Origin: Spirochaetia bacterium
GTDB taxonomy: Bacteria; Spirochaetota; Spirochaetia; UBA9216
Assembly (NCBI GenBank): GCA_965140585.1
Contig: OZ223269.1
Coordinates: forward strand, 1,024,001-1,088,000
DNA length: 64,000 nucleotides
Direction of reading: 5' to 3'
Made by a program: the position numbers and the translations under genes. The notes under the pieces were generated by a model, which saw nothing but the letters and a program-made list of their open reading frames with translations, was not told the origin of the DNA and did no database searches. This document shows, in pieces, positions 16,598 through 27,105 of this stretch. Within the stretch, counting starts at the first letter, position 1. The number at the start of each line of letters is the position of its first letter.

Positions 16598-18525
16598 CTT
16601 CGGCTCTTGGTGTAGTTCAATAGTCCGCCTTCAAGTATAAGCACAAGCTGTCTTTCATCCAGATCATGAACAATATTAAAGGATTTGCCGGTAGTTGTAT
16701 TTTCAGCAGCAATAGTATTTGTGTTACCGATAAGTTTTTTAATATCTTTAATCACTATCTTATCACCCTGATTTATGGATTCATAATCTTCCGGATTTTC
16801 AAAAACAAAAGGAATGATGCCGAAATTTATCAGGTTAGCCTTGTGTATCCTTGCAAAGCTTTTAACAATCACAGCTATCACACCAAGATACATAGGAGCC
16901 AGTGCTGCATGTTCCCGGCTTGAACCCTGACCGTAGTTTTCTCCGCCGATAATTAGTCCTGTTCCCGCTTTCTGAGCCTTAAGATAAAACTCAGGATCAA
17001 GGGCTTCAAAAACATGTTTTGAGATTTCGGGGATATTGGATCTTAAAGGTAAAACCTTGGCTCCCGCAGGCATGATATGGTCGGTTGTAATATTATCGCC
17101 AGTTTTGATCAGTATTTCAGCTTCAAGACTTTCACTTAAAACAGGAGCCTTGGGACAGGGCTGAATGTTCGGACCTCTTACTATCTCAACCTTTGCAGCT
17201 TCGGATTCAGAAAATGGCTTTATTATCATGTTGTCATCAATTTCTACAAAAGATGAATAGTCTTTTCGATCAATGCCTTTTATATCTCTGGGGTCTGTAA
17301 TTACACCTGTCAGCGCAGAGGCTGCTGCTGTTTCGGGCGATACAAGATAAACCAGTGCATCTGCTGTTCCGCTTCGTCCCTTGAAGTTACGGTTAAATGT
17401 TCTAAGGCTTACGGAACCGCTGGCAGGGGCAAAGCCCATACCGATACAGGCACCGCAGGCGCTTTCAAGCATTCTTGCACCGCTTTTAATCAGTTTTTTA
17501 ATGATACCTGCCTCAAGAGCGCTGTTTATAGTCTGTTTTGAGCCCGGAGCTATTCCGAGAGATACATTTTCTGCAACAGTTTTGCCATCAAGTATATCAG
17601 CAGCAATTCCAAGATCGTTGATTGACGAGTTAGTACATGAACCAATTGCAACCTGATTAAGTACTGTTCCTGCAACATCTTTAACCTTTACTACATTATC
17701 AGGCATATGAGGCTGTGCAATAAGAGGTTCAACTTCATCGAGGTTGATTTCGATCACCCTTGAATAAACCGCATCATCATCAGCTTTCTGTTCTGTCCAG
17801 ACCTCTTCACGGTTCTGAAGTTTAAGAAATTCCTTAGTTCTTTCGTCTGATGGAAAAATTGATGATGTTGCACCGAGTTCAGCACCCATGTTGGTAATTG
17901 TTGAACGCTCAGGAACTGTAAGGCTGGCTACACCGGTTCCATAGTATTCATAAACCTTACCAACACCGCCTTTTACAGTTTCATGCTGAAGAACAGTCAG
18001 GATAATATCCTTTGCTGAACACATCGGCTGAAGTTTTCCGGTAAGATGCACTCCGATTACTTCAGGAGTCTTCAGATAGAAAGGTCCTCCAGCCATTGCC
18101 ACAGCGATATCAAGCCCTCCGGCACCGATTGCAAGAGCGCCAAGTCCGCCGTCTGTCGGTGTATGTGAATCTGATCCTAGCAAAGTCTTTCCAGGAACGC
18201 CGAAACGTTCAAGGTGTACCTGATGACATATACCGTTTCCCGGTCTTGAGAAATGCAGACCATATTTGGCAGCTGCGCTCTGAAGAAAACGATGGTCGTC
18301 CATATTTTTAAAGTCATTCTGTAGAGTGTTATGATCTACATAAGATACTGAAAGCTCTGTCTTTATACGGGGGATGTCCATAGATTCAAATTGAAGATAG
18401 ACCATGGTTCCTGTGGCATCCTGGGTCAGAGTCTGATCAATTCTGATTCCAATCTCTTTTCCCTGTTCAAGTTCACCTTCAAGAAGATGGGCTTTTAGTA
18501 TCTTTTCTGTAAGTGTAAGTCCCAC
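16594..18525 (-). CDS. acnA: Aconitate hydratase (short, Aquifex-type)
   Basis: QDATG, DHN, DSHT, IGSCTN, CGACIG, NRNFKGR, TTDHI and GSSREHAA motifs. Start moved to GTG 18525, which follows an AAGGAG RBS; the ORF track extends to 18600. Confidence 0.9.
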   Translation of the reverse strand: MGLTLTEKILKAHLLEGELEQGKEIGIRIDQTLTQDATGTMVYLQFESMDIPRIKTELSVSYVDHNTLQNDFKNMDDHRFLQSAAAKYGLHFSRPGNGICHQVHLERFGVPGKTLLGSDSHTPTDGGLGALAIGAGGLDIAVAMAGGPFYLKTPEVIGVHLTGKLQPMCSAKDIILTVLQHETVKGGVGKVYEYYGTGVASLTVPERSTITNMGAELGATSSIFPSDERTKEFLKLQNREEVWTEQKADDDAVYSRVIEINLDEVEPLIAQPHMPDNVVKVKDVAGTVLNQVAIGSCTNSSINDLGIAADILDGKTVAENVSLGIAPGSKQTINSALEAGIIKKLIKSGARMLESACGACIGMGFAPASGSVSLRTFNRNFKGRSGTADALVYLVSPETAAASALTGVITDPRDIKGIDRKDYSSFVEIDDNMIIKPFSESEAAKVEIVRGPNIQPCPKAPVLSESLEAEILIKTGDNITTDHIMPAGAKVLPLRSNIPEISKHVFEALDPEFYLKAQKAGTGLIIGGENYGQGSSREHAALAPMYLGVIAVIVKSFARIHKANLINFGIIPFVFENPEDYESINQGDKIVIKDIKKLIGNTNTIAAENTTTGKSFNIVHDLDERQLVLILEGGLLNYTKSRS

Positions 18526-18555
18526 AGTTGACTCCTTTTGTCCTGATTTCGTACT

Positions 18556-18584
18556 ATAATAACGATCATGAAATAGCAAGTCAA
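18556..18584 (-). promoter_or_regulatory. Sigma70-like promoter of the aconitase-HD-ttcA operon
   Basis: TTGACT-17 nt-TATTAT on the minus strand, upstream of the RBS and GTG. Confidence 0.55.
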
Positions 18585-18692
18585 TTCGATCCGGCTTCAT
18601 TGCCGGCTACAGCCTTGCATAAATCACCATTTTTAGGTATTACAAGTAATTAGATAAAATTGTTACTTCCTTAGTAACCCGGGGATGCACTG

Positions 18693-19400
18693 ATGGCTTT
18701 TGAAACTTCCACCTGTAAATTATTTGCAGCTATTCTGATTTCGCTTATTGCTTTCAGCGGCTGTACTAAAACTGATTCAGAATCCTCTGTCAGGGCTTCA
18801 AACACAGAGGAAAAAAGACCCGCAGTCACCGGAAAAAATACACCGGATGATACCCCCGCTGAAAAAAAAGACAATTCTGAACCATCTGCCTCAGTACATG
18901 AAAGCAGGGTACAAACCGCATCTGTATCAGAACCGGCAGGAAATGATTTTCTTCTTTATTTTGGAAAAATCCCGGAACCTGTTGTCGCAGAAGATTATGA
19001 AATAGGAGAACTTCTTTATTCAGAATCTGAAAATGTCGATGAAAGAGCAGTATACCGTACAGTCTCGCTATTTCTCAATTCTGTAATTAAAGGTGAATCA
19101 TTTACTGAAATGCTGGTTCCGGAGAAGGCAGAGTTTATCAATGTAAATACCCTCGATGCTAAGTTATCAGGCCGGTACACAGGGTTTAGAATAGGATATC
19201 CTGATTTCACATCTACACCAGTATCTGCAGCAGTCAGACTCTTTGACGAAAATTCCTCGAGAAGCGGAGAAATTTACCTTGAAAACAGGGAATCATGGAA
19301 AATTTACGATTTTCAAATGCAGCCGCGGCAAACTGCAGTTCATGAAAAATCAGATAGCTTTGAACCGGTTGAATATGGTATAAATAAAAAGAGGTTTTAA
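18693..19400 (+). CDS. Hypothetical lipoprotein
   Basis: Lipobox AFSG|C followed by a low-complexity linker. Confidence 0.7.
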   Translation: MAFETSTCKLFAAILISLIAFSGCTKTDSESSVRASNTEEKRPAVTGKNTPDDTPAEKKDNSEPSASVHESRVQTASVSEPAGNDFLLYFGKIPEPVVAEDYEIGELLYSESENVDERAVYRTVSLFLNSVIKGESFTEMLVPEKAEFINVNTLDAKLSGRYTGFRIGYPDFTSTPVSAAVRLFDENSSRSGEIYLENRESWKIYDFQMQPRQTAVHEKSDSFEPVEYGINKKRF

Positions 19401-19403
19401 AAA

Positions 19404-20618
19404 ATGGGAAACATCATCAGTCGTATTGAAAGGGAATTTATTATCAAGGCTCTGGATGATAATAAATTTCCTGTTGATGTACACGGAAATAAAAAAGAGG
19501 CTGAAGCTGTCATACTTAATTTTGAGAATGAAGAATATATAGAACTTTTTTCCAAAGAACGAGATCTTGACGGATTTGAAGCAAATGAACCTGTCAGAGT
19601 ATTCTTTTCATACTATGGACATGTTATGACTTTTAATTCCGTAATAATAAAAGGAAATGATGAAAAACTGAAAATAACTTTTCCTGAGAAAGTTCTTAAA
19701 AATCTGCAGAGAAAATATGAAAGGGTAGATCCTCCGAAGGATGTTCACCTGTCTTTTTTAATCGATAATATAAAATTTGAACTTGATTTTCCTCAGTCAG
19801 AACAATTCCGTCGTCTTGAGGATTACACATATACAGAGAAATTCGATACAAGCAATATAAATAACCTTATTGAAGAATTCAGAAGCATCATTTCAGGACA
19901 TTGTGATAATAATAAAATCACAATGTTCAGAGAAAAAAGACCTGAAAGCTATGAGGAAAAACTGATAGCTCAAACCGGGAAATCTTTTTTTGTACAGTCT
20001 ATTTATGAAGGTATATCAGTACCCGAAACAGAGACAGATATGGAACTGCTTGATCGGGACGATCTTGAACCTGAGGTAATTGAGGATATCTTTTCATCAA
20101 TGAAAAAGGCCGGTGTATATTCGGCACTTTATACTCCGATTCTATACCATGAATACACTGCCGGTTATATCTACCTAAGTAACACACGAAATAAAAAAAT
20201 AGCTGTTGATACCCTCGATTATGTTTCTGAATTTTCAAAGGTTCTTGCATGGACACTTGGCAAAAACGGATATTTTTCCGATGGAAAGCCGGTATCGGAA
20301 GAGTTCAGCAGCCAGATCGTTGATATAAGCGCATCGGGACTTCTGTTTACTGATAATTCTGAGAATTTAAGTGATGCTGTTAATCTATATTCTGATATAG
20401 ATATGCAGCTGACTATCGGACCGCGGAAAGTAATTGTATCAAGCCGTGTTATGCGTAAATTTCACAGCCGTGGACGAACTTTTTACGGTGTTCAGTTCAT
20501 GAGTATCAGTCCGGAAGATTTCAGATATCTGTTTGAATATGTATACGGCAGAGTATTCACAGAGAATGACAATATGCTTTGGGAAGGCGGGTCAAAGCCT
20601 CCTACACTGGAACTATAA
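19404..20618 (+). CDS. Spirochaete-type PilZ (DUF1577-like) c-di-GMP receptor with inserted GAF-like domain
   Basis: N-terminal YcgR-like barrel, RxxxR (QRKYER) and DxSxxG (DISASG), ending with YGVQF. Confidence 0.8.
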   Translation: MGNIISRIEREFIIKALDDNKFPVDVHGNKKEAEAVILNFENEEYIELFSKERDLDGFEANEPVRVFFSYYGHVMTFNSVIIKGNDEKLKITFPEKVLKNLQRKYERVDPPKDVHLSFLIDNIKFELDFPQSEQFRRLEDYTYTEKFDTSNINNLIEEFRSIISGHCDNNKITMFREKRPESYEEKLIAQTGKSFFVQSIYEGISVPETETDMELLDRDDLEPEVIEDIFSSMKKAGVYSALYTPILYHEYTAGYIYLSNTRNKKIAVDTLDYVSEFSKVLAWTLGKNGYFSDGKPVSEEFSSQIVDISASGLLFTDNSENLSDAVNLYSDIDMQLTIGPRKVIVSSRVMRKFHSRGRTFYGVQFMSISPEDFRYLFEYVYGRVFTENDNMLWEGGSKPPTLEL

Positions 20619-20637
20619 AAATGCCGAAAAGTAATAT

Positions 20638-23406
20638 ATGAAAAGGTTTATTCTGGCCGTTGAAATAAGCGGACTGCAGCAGTACTATAAAATTGACTCA
20701 GTTTTCACAGAAGATCTTATTAGCAGGCTTTCAAGAATATTGAATAATTCACAGCCGACAGCTGTTGAAGTAAACGGTTCGTTTATTCTTTTTATTATTG
20801 AATCCGAACTGCGCAATGCAATGATGGTTGCTGAATCATCAACCAGAGTCTTTGAAGCCCTTACTGAAAACGCCGAAAATCTTCATGCTTTTTCCGGAAT
20901 TCTATATTACACCGATTACCGCAACTCAACTCTGTTTCTGAATAATATTAAGCAGTCATTTTATGCAAACAGTGTAGACTATTCACTGCTCGCAGATAAT
21001 GAAACAGCCGGAGCTACCGGACTCTTTGAAGAGAGCTGCGAGGGGTCCGGCTATTTTTTTATTACAGGAAATATGACCTCAGCCAATTCTGAACGGCTGG
21101 GAACAGGAATTTATATACAGACCAGTTCGGTAACAGAAATAACTGAAAAAATCATACCAGAAGAAGAAACTCCCGCAAGTAATCAGGTTATCATCATCAG
21201 CTCGTCCAACGGTCTTAAATTAAAACATACCGCCGATGCTGTGGTATCGGCTTCCTCAGGACCGGAAAAACAATGTATAGTAAGCCATACAGTATTTGTA
21301 CCCGGAGATCGCGGTGCTGTTAAACCGATGCTGAGAGCTGTTGACAATAACTTTATCGACAGAGCAGGGGATAATTTATCCGGAGTTGAACTCAGACTAT
21401 GGGAACAGAGTAATCTGGGAAGACATTCAATTAATTCTGATTATCCTGAAAAATTATTCAAAAGCTATCTTACACTCTATTTAAAATCAAGAATCAAGTC
21501 TGTTGCTGACGGTTATCAGCCATCAATAATTTATATTGAGGGCGCTGAGAACTGCAGCACCGAAGCACTTGATTACCTTTATGAAATACTGAACTCACTA
21601 TGCGCTGATAAAAGCTGTGAATTATCAATTATTATAACTGTTAAAGGAAATTCTACAAGAATATTAGAGGTATTCACTGAATCTGTAGTTTTCAATCTTG
21701 ACGCTGAAATTTCAGGAGGCATTCCTGCAAGACTGGAATCATCTGCATCATTAAAATACATTCATAAAAAACTGCTTGGAGTCTGTAAATGGTGTGAAGG
21801 ATTATTTACCTCAGATATTCTTATCGAATTTCTAGGTCAGTACGGATTCGAACTTAAAGACATCCATAACGGTCTTAAAACACTTTCGGAAGAAGGATTA
21901 CTGTTTAACAGCCGGTATCCCTATACTGCATCAATACCTGAGGTAGATGAATTTATCAGTGAATTAACGGATATAAGGGATCTTCAATCAAGTATCGCAG
22001 ATTTTATCAATAAGGGTATTTATTCCGGTAAGATAATTGATTTCAGCCTTTCTGCTACAAGGCTTTCTCTTTTTACCGGTTCTGAATCTGTTAATAATGC
22101 ATTTTTTGACTGTCTTACCAGAGAGCTTGACAGGGGGCAGACTGATTTTGTTATAGAAACAGTTGAAAAGAATCAGAATCTTAAACCTGGTCTTCGAGCA
22201 TCACTATTGATGAGAGCTGCTCATATAAAAGGCGACAGGGAAAGCGCTGCAGCAGCCATGAATCAAATTACCGAACCGCTGAGTGCTGAAAATCATTACG
22301 ACGCAGTACTACTGCTTGAGATATCACGATATTATCATGCTGCTTCAGATTATTTTCATGCACTCCAATCTGTAAAAAAGGCTTTAATTTATCTGCAGGA
22401 TACAGGTCATCAGCGTCTTGAGGGAACAGCATTTATTGAGCTTGGCTTCATAATGCTTTGTAAAGGCAAGACCCTGGAATCTTCTGAATATCTTTATCTT
22501 GCCATAGAAAGACTCTACGGTACAGGTGATAACTACAGCCTAATGAAAGCCTACCTTTTCACTGCAGCAGGACATTACCTTCGCGGAGAACTCAAGCTGG
22601 CTATAGACAGCAATGACAAGGCTATTGAACTTGCAATTCTTTCAGGAGAAGAGAACTGGCTTTTTTCATGCCGTTTTTTTCAATGCAGAATATTTTTTGA
22701 ACTTGGAAGATATTTTGATGCTGAACGCCTGTTATCATCATGTTTGCTGCAGAATGAAATATTTCACGATGAAAATCGAAGAAAGCTTTTTTTAAGCTGG
22801 ACGGCAAGGGCATGTATTTACCAGGGAAAAGTTTACAGAGGTATCAACATGCTTAAGTCTCTTCCTGAAGACCCTGAGACTCTATATTTTCTTGCAGAAG
22901 CCATGTTTTTTAATGGGAATCTGGGAAAAGCTCTTGAATATACAGACAGCGCACTGCAGCATTCAGAATACTTCAGCCTTGGCTTTCTGCCTCTTGAGTT
23001 TCTATCATGGAAAAACGGATATGTTCAGACCGAGGGCAGAATGCTCAGGTCTGATGAAGGCACCGGAGTTCTATTTCATAATATCAGAGCTCTAAAAGCC
23101 TATCTTCTGGGCCTGTCTGGAAAAAAAGAAGAGGGGACAGAACTTCTTTACAGTCTCACACGTGAACAGAAGCTCTCAGAAAATGATCCTTATAACCGGC
23201 TTTATTTTTATTACTATGCCATACTGCTTGATCGTAAAGACAGTTCTGATTTAATAGATAAGCTTACACTTCTCAGCAAAGCATTGAAGTACCTGCAGCA
23301 GACATCAAGCCGCATCGAAGATCCAGGTGTCAGGCAGGAGTTTATGAATAAAAACTACTGGAACGCCAGGCTAGTTGCAGAGGCCAAAAAAGAAAAACTT
23401 ATATAG
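20638..23406 (+). CDS. Large TPR protein with degenerate NTPase-like central region
   Basis: 922 aa. The C-terminal half has TPR-like helices; IIYIEGAENC resembles a degenerate Walker B. Confidence 0.7.
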   Translation: MKRFILAVEISGLQQYYKIDSVFTEDLISRLSRILNNSQPTAVEVNGSFILFIIESELRNAMMVAESSTRVFEALTENAENLHAFSGILYYTDYRNSTLFLNNIKQSFYANSVDYSLLADNETAGATGLFEESCEGSGYFFITGNMTSANSERLGTGIYIQTSSVTEITEKIIPEEETPASNQVIIISSSNGLKLKHTADAVVSASSGPEKQCIVSHTVFVPGDRGAVKPMLRAVDNNFIDRAGDNLSGVELRLWEQSNLGRHSINSDYPEKLFKSYLTLYLKSRIKSVADGYQPSIIYIEGAENCSTEALDYLYEILNSLCADKSCELSIIITVKGNSTRILEVFTESVVFNLDAEISGGIPARLESSASLKYIHKKLLGVCKWCEGLFTSDILIEFLGQYGFELKDIHNGLKTLSEEGLLFNSRYPYTASIPEVDEFISELTDIRDLQSSIADFINKGIYSGKIIDFSLSATRLSLFTGSESVNNAFFDCLTRELDRGQTDFVIETVEKNQNLKPGLRASLLMRAAHIKGDRESAAAAMNQITEPLSAENHYDAVLLLEISRYYHAASDYFHALQSVKKALIYLQDTGHQRLEGTAFIELGFIMLCKGKTLESSEYLYLAIERLYGTGDNYSLMKAYLFTAAGHYLRGELKLAIDSNDKAIELAILSGEENWLFSCRFFQCRIFFELGRYFDAERLLSSCLLQNEIFHDENRRKLFLSWTARACIYQGKVYRGINMLKSLPEDPETLYFLAEAMFFNGNLGKALEYTDSALQHSEYFSLGFLPLEFLSWKNGYVQTEGRMLRSDEGTGVLFHNIRALKAYLLGLSGKKEEGTELLYSLTREQKLSENDPYNRLYFYYYAILLDRKDSSDLIDKLTLLSKALKYLQQTSSRIEDPGVRQEFMNKNYWNARLVAEAKKEKLI

Positions 23407-23416
23407 CTGTAACTTA

Positions 23417-23446
23417 TTGACATAAAAGCGCGAGCTCTGGTATATT
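23417..23446 (+). promoter_or_regulatory. Sigma70 promoter of tRNA-Met
   Basis: TTGACA-18 nt-TATATT, with an extended -10 TG. Confidence 0.7.
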
Positions 23447-23472
23447 GCTGTAGCTCGGTAAGAGTGCAACTT

Positions 23473-23545
23473 GGTGGTGTAGCTCAGTTGGTAGAGCATT
23501 CGGCTCATATCCGAACGGTCAGGGGTTCAAGTCCCTTCGCCACTA
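23473..23545 (+). tRNA. tRNA-Met(CAT), elongator type; CCA not encoded
   Basis: Cloverleaf with acceptor GGTGGTG/CGCCACT (G1:U72), D arm GCTC/GAGC, anticodon arm TTCGG-CTCATAT-CCGAA and T loop TTCAAGT. Lacks the initiator triple G-C pairs and C1:A72. Confidence 0.95.
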
Positions 23546-23551
23546 ATATTC

Positions 23552-23587
23552 AGCTGATCAGGAATAATCCGGATCAGCTATTTTTTT
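23552..23587 (+). terminator. Rho-independent terminator after tRNA-Met
   Basis: AGCTGATC...GATCAGCT stem followed by a T run. Confidence 0.75.
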
Positions 23588-23641
23588 ATAAAAAAAGTTG
23601 ATCAATGGAAATTCTGAACAGTTTCAGGCTATAATTAAAAT

Positions 23642-25120
23642 ATGCAGAGCTGCAGCCTTATTCTTAAACCCCATGGTCAGTTCATAACTGAATTCAAAAT
23701 TATCTACCCTGTTGAAAAAACAAAGAACCGCTACACCCTTGAGATGTATATCATTTCGGCAAAATCTTTATCTGTTGATACCAAAAAATACGGTATTTCA
23801 TCTTTTCTGAATGACCTAAAAGTTCTGATCAGATATACGACACCAAGACTTGGAATAAAAGAACTTACTGATTCTGATAACCCAAGAAGCCCTCTCACAA
23901 GAATCAGAAAAATGCTGACTGATACGGGAGATGAAGACAGTGTTAAATACCAGAATCTGCAGTATGAATTCAGAATACTGACCAGTGCACTGAGGGTTTA
24001 TCTTCGAACTATACGGGAGAATATCCAGAAGGCTGTAAAAAAAGCCGAATCACCGTCAGATATAGAAAAGAAAATTAATGTACTTTTGGATGACCTTATA
24101 CTTCTTGCCTCGGAATTCAGGGATCTGCGAAAGGAAATTAAATCTGATGAGAACAGTAAAAAATATGTAGATCTTTTTAAATGGTGTGATGAATCAATAA
24201 GTCTAAATATTCAGCGTGAACTTGGATATATCGATGGTATATGCAGAGATACTGAAATCAAGTTGGAAATAAAAACCGAAATTATTTCAGCTATCGATCA
24301 GGAAGAACAATATAGAAAAAAAAGACATTATAAAACCGTACTTACCGGCAGCAGGTCAACAAGCGGTGAAGATCTAGTTTACCGGGAAAGCATTCTCAAG
24401 AAATGGTCTCAGTCGGCATTGTATCTAAATGTTGAAAAAAGCAATACACCAGCCAGAGTAGCTCAGGTTATTGCCGGAATAGCAGCTGCAGTAGCCATGA
24501 CTTTTGCGGTTACCACAACACTGCTTACAAACAAGCTTTTGGCTCAGAATACAACAGCATGGGCAATGGCGATAGTTGTTGCATATATCTTTAAAGACAG
24601 AATAAAGGAAAGTCTGCGTGCTGTTTTAAACAGACTGGTTCCAAGACTTATCCCGGATCAGATGCATATTTTAAAGGACAGTTTAACTGAAAAACGAATC
24701 GGGCATTCACGAGCAGTTGTAAAGTTTACCAGTTCCGACAAGCTTTCTGAGGATATTACGTCAGAGCGCAATAAAAGCAGTAATCCTTTCAGACACATAC
24801 TTCCTCCGGAAGACGTCATTCAGTATACGCATGATGTAATCATTGACGGTGTTAAAGCGCATAACTTTCACAGAAGAATGGAATCTGTAACCGAGATTTT
24901 AAGACTTGATTTAAGCAGATGGATCAATCAGATGGATGATCCTGCACAAGTTTTTTATCATGCAGTCTCAGGACAGCTTAAAAGAAAAAGAATGCCAAGA
25001 GTCTATCATCTGCACCTTTTGATAAGACTGAAAAACGCAAACAACGGTGAAATAAAGCAGTACCATAACAGACTCGTTTTAAACAGAGAAGGGCTGCATC
25101 GAATAGAATCACTGAAATAA
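23642..25120 (+). CDS. Conserved hypothetical membrane protein (2 TM)
   Basis: 492 aa with a TM hairpin (IAGIAAAVAMTFA...YIFKDRIKE). Function unknown. Confidence 0.75.
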   Translation: MQSCSLILKPHGQFITEFKIIYPVEKTKNRYTLEMYIISAKSLSVDTKKYGISSFLNDLKVLIRYTTPRLGIKELTDSDNPRSPLTRIRKMLTDTGDEDSVKYQNLQYEFRILTSALRVYLRTIRENIQKAVKKAESPSDIEKKINVLLDDLILLASEFRDLRKEIKSDENSKKYVDLFKWCDESISLNIQRELGYIDGICRDTEIKLEIKTEIISAIDQEEQYRKKRHYKTVLTGSRSTSGEDLVYRESILKKWSQSALYLNVEKSNTPARVAQVIAGIAAAVAMTFAVTTTLLTNKLLAQNTTAWAMAIVVAYIFKDRIKESLRAVLNRLVPRLIPDQMHILKDSLTEKRIGHSRAVVKFTSSDKLSEDITSERNKSSNPFRHILPPEDVIQYTHDVIIDGVKAHNFHRRMESVTEILRLDLSRWINQMDDPAQVFYHAVSGQLKRKRMPRVYHLHLLIRLKNANNGEIKQYHNRLVLNREGLHRIESLK

Positions 25121-25142
25121 AAAGCCGCCCTTTCGGACGGCT
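25118..25142 (-). terminator. Rho-independent terminator of the PEGA/lipoprotein operon
   Basis: Minus strand AGCCGTCC-GAAA-GGGCGGCT followed by TTTT. Confidence 0.7.
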
Positions 25143-25166
25143 AAAGCTTTATAATAACAATTATTC

Positions 25167-25976
25167 TTATCTGTTATTTCCCTGCCCACGGTTAATTTTA
25201 AAACCGAAATCAAGTTCAAAATTGTAAACTTCGCCGGCCCGCACTGTAATTGTTTCCTGAACAGCAAGACCGCCGCTTGTTACCCTGATGGTGTGCTGAC
25301 CCGGAAGAAGTTCAAGAACGTTTCCGTTTATCTCGCTTCCGTTGTCATAAATTTTTATTCTACCTGCAGGGTTTGAAGTAGTGTAATCGAGCATTGAATT
25401 AGGAATGATTATATTTACTCTCGCAGTCTGCGGCTGAAGCGGAATATTCAGCGTCATTGTGCTGTTAACATTAACTGTCTGCTGAACAGGAGAGTATCCC
25501 GGGGCATTCACACGTACAGTATACGTTCCAGGTGTCAGATTGGCTGTAAAACTTGCGTTTCCGGAAATCTGGCCGTTTATACCATTGCCCTGAATAACAA
25601 CACGGGCATTCTGTACATTACTTGTGACTGTCAGGTTTACATTCTGCTGCTGTAGGTTGAAGTTCAGGGTAGAGTTGGAATTGAGATTTATTTCCTTAGT
25701 TTCAGCATTGAAACCAGGATAACTAACAGTTACCCGATAACCCCCGGGTGCAAGCTGCACAGTGAAAGGAGCCTTTCCTCTTGTCTGACTGTTACCGTTT
25801 ACAGGAACTATCAATACTGCTGCTGTTCTTATGTCACAGTTCACTGTAAGGCTGTAGGTTGCACTCTGTGTACTTGTACTTCCGCCAAGACTTCCTCCAC
25901 GCTGAGCAAATACTGACACAGAAGACATAAGAAGAAGCACAAGTAATAATGCTGTAATTTTCTTAGTTTTTATCAT
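25167..25976 (-). CDS. PEGA-domain exported protein
   Basis: Signal peptide and repeated PEGA units (G.APF...L.PG.Y.V.V..PG[FY]). Confidence 0.85.
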   Translation of the reverse strand: MIKTKKITALLLVLLLMSSVSVFAQRGGSLGGSTSTQSATYSLTVNCDIRTAAVLIVPVNGNSQTRGKAPFTVQLAPGGYRVTVSYPGFNAETKEINLNSNSTLNFNLQQQNVNLTVTSNVQNARVVIQGNGINGQISGNASFTANLTPGTYTVRVNAPGYSPVQQTVNVNSTMTLNIPLQPQTARVNIIIPNSMLDYTTSNPAGRIKIYDNGSEINGNVLELLPGQHTIRVTSGGLAVQETITVRAGEVYNFELDFGFKINRGQGNNR

Positions 25977-25982
25977 ATAAAT

Positions 25983-26999
25983 TTACTCCCAGGATATTGC
26001 TCTGATTCCATCATAAGCATCATCGGCATTACCTGCAGAGGCAACATAAAGATTACCACTGCTATAATCCAATCTAAGAACCTTTAGTGTATCTTCATCA
26101 GTATTCCAAGGAAGAATCCACGTACCATAATGTTCTTCTCCGAACATTACATCCACTTGAGCCATAGGTGATGGATATTCGCCGATAAGCCCTGTCAGCG
26201 ACTGATATGGCACAGTATCATAGCCGCTTATCTCATCTTCTTCATCATCCCAGTAGGAATCAACATAGAAATAAAGAACATCTAGATTATCTAGCCATTC
26301 TGTGGCACCACTATATATAGAAATAGTTTCAACCCTTGGTATTGTTGAAGAGGTCTTTTTAGGACCGTAAGTTGAACTGTAAACATCTCTATCCAGGTAT
26401 ATACCAGATGTTGAGCCTCTGGCGCCTGAATAGATTTTGCTACGAACTCCTGTTGGGTTGACATCCAGCGAATCCCAGTCCTGGATTGCAGAATCTGCTT
26501 CTGCACCATAAGTAAGAATGGAATCGACATCAATTGCTGCATTTTCCCAGCTTGTAATTATTGTAAATACACCAGCACCAGCTGCTGGGTAGGCAAAAAG
26601 ATCTGGAAAATCGCCGCTACTGCCACTTGCTTCAATAAATCTTGGAACAAATGTCCAGTAATTAGTTGAGTCAGAACCGTTTAAAAGATACTGACCGCTT
26701 GGAAGTGAATAAAAAGTAAAACTTCCGGAAGTGCTTACAGTTGCAGTATAATCCGCAGTGCTTGAAAATGTTCCATTGGAAGAATCATAGGCATACAATT
26801 CTACTGTTGCTCCGGCAAGAGTATAACTACCGTCTTTCCAATAAAAATCTGAATCACCTTCAGATTTTACATTAACAGCTGTACCTGAATAATCATAAAA
26901 AGTAAATGTAATCTCACAGCCGGATACAATAAATACTATTGCCGCCGTGACCAGAATTAAGGCTATTGAAAATATTGCTTTCTTTTTTACTGATTTCAT
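25983..26999 (-). CDS. Lipoprotein with prealbumin/Cna-like domain and YfaP-like C-terminal domain
   Basis: Lipobox IVSG|C. LAGATVELY...G.FTF..LPSGQY, then SW....DVDS...LDRD...ETISI pattern. Confidence 0.65.
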   Translation of the reverse strand: MKSVKKKAIFSIALILVTAAIVFIVSGCEITFTFYDYSGTAVNVKSEGDSDFYWKDGSYTLAGATVELYAYDSSNGTFSSTADYTATVSTSGSFTFYSLPSGQYLLNGSDSTNYWTFVPRFIEASGSSGDFPDLFAYPAAGAGVFTIITSWENAAIDVDSILTYGAEADSAIQDWDSLDVNPTGVRSKIYSGARGSTSGIYLDRDVYSSTYGPKKTSSTIPRVETISIYSGATEWLDNLDVLYFYVDSYWDDEEDEISGYDTVPYQSLTGLIGEYPSPMAQVDVMFGEEHYGTWILPWNTDEDTLKVLRLDYSSGNLYVASAGNADDAYDGIRAISWE

Positions 27000-27105
27000 A
27001 TTATTATTATTTTCCTCCTGATAGTGTTTAGGGTATTAATTATAACACTTTTCAATTGCATTATCGTCACATTGAGTCTAAAAAAAGATTATTTGAGGAA
27101 TTGGA

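Noticed and set aside
18526-18600. N-terminal extension of aconitase in the ORF track
   Set aside because: It contains the promoter and AAGGAG RBS, so GTG 18525 is the better start.
23473-25120. tRNA-Met as an integration site for a genomic island
   Set aside because: No integrase follows and no duplicated tRNA 3' end (att) was noticed downstream. A normal terminator follows the tRNA.
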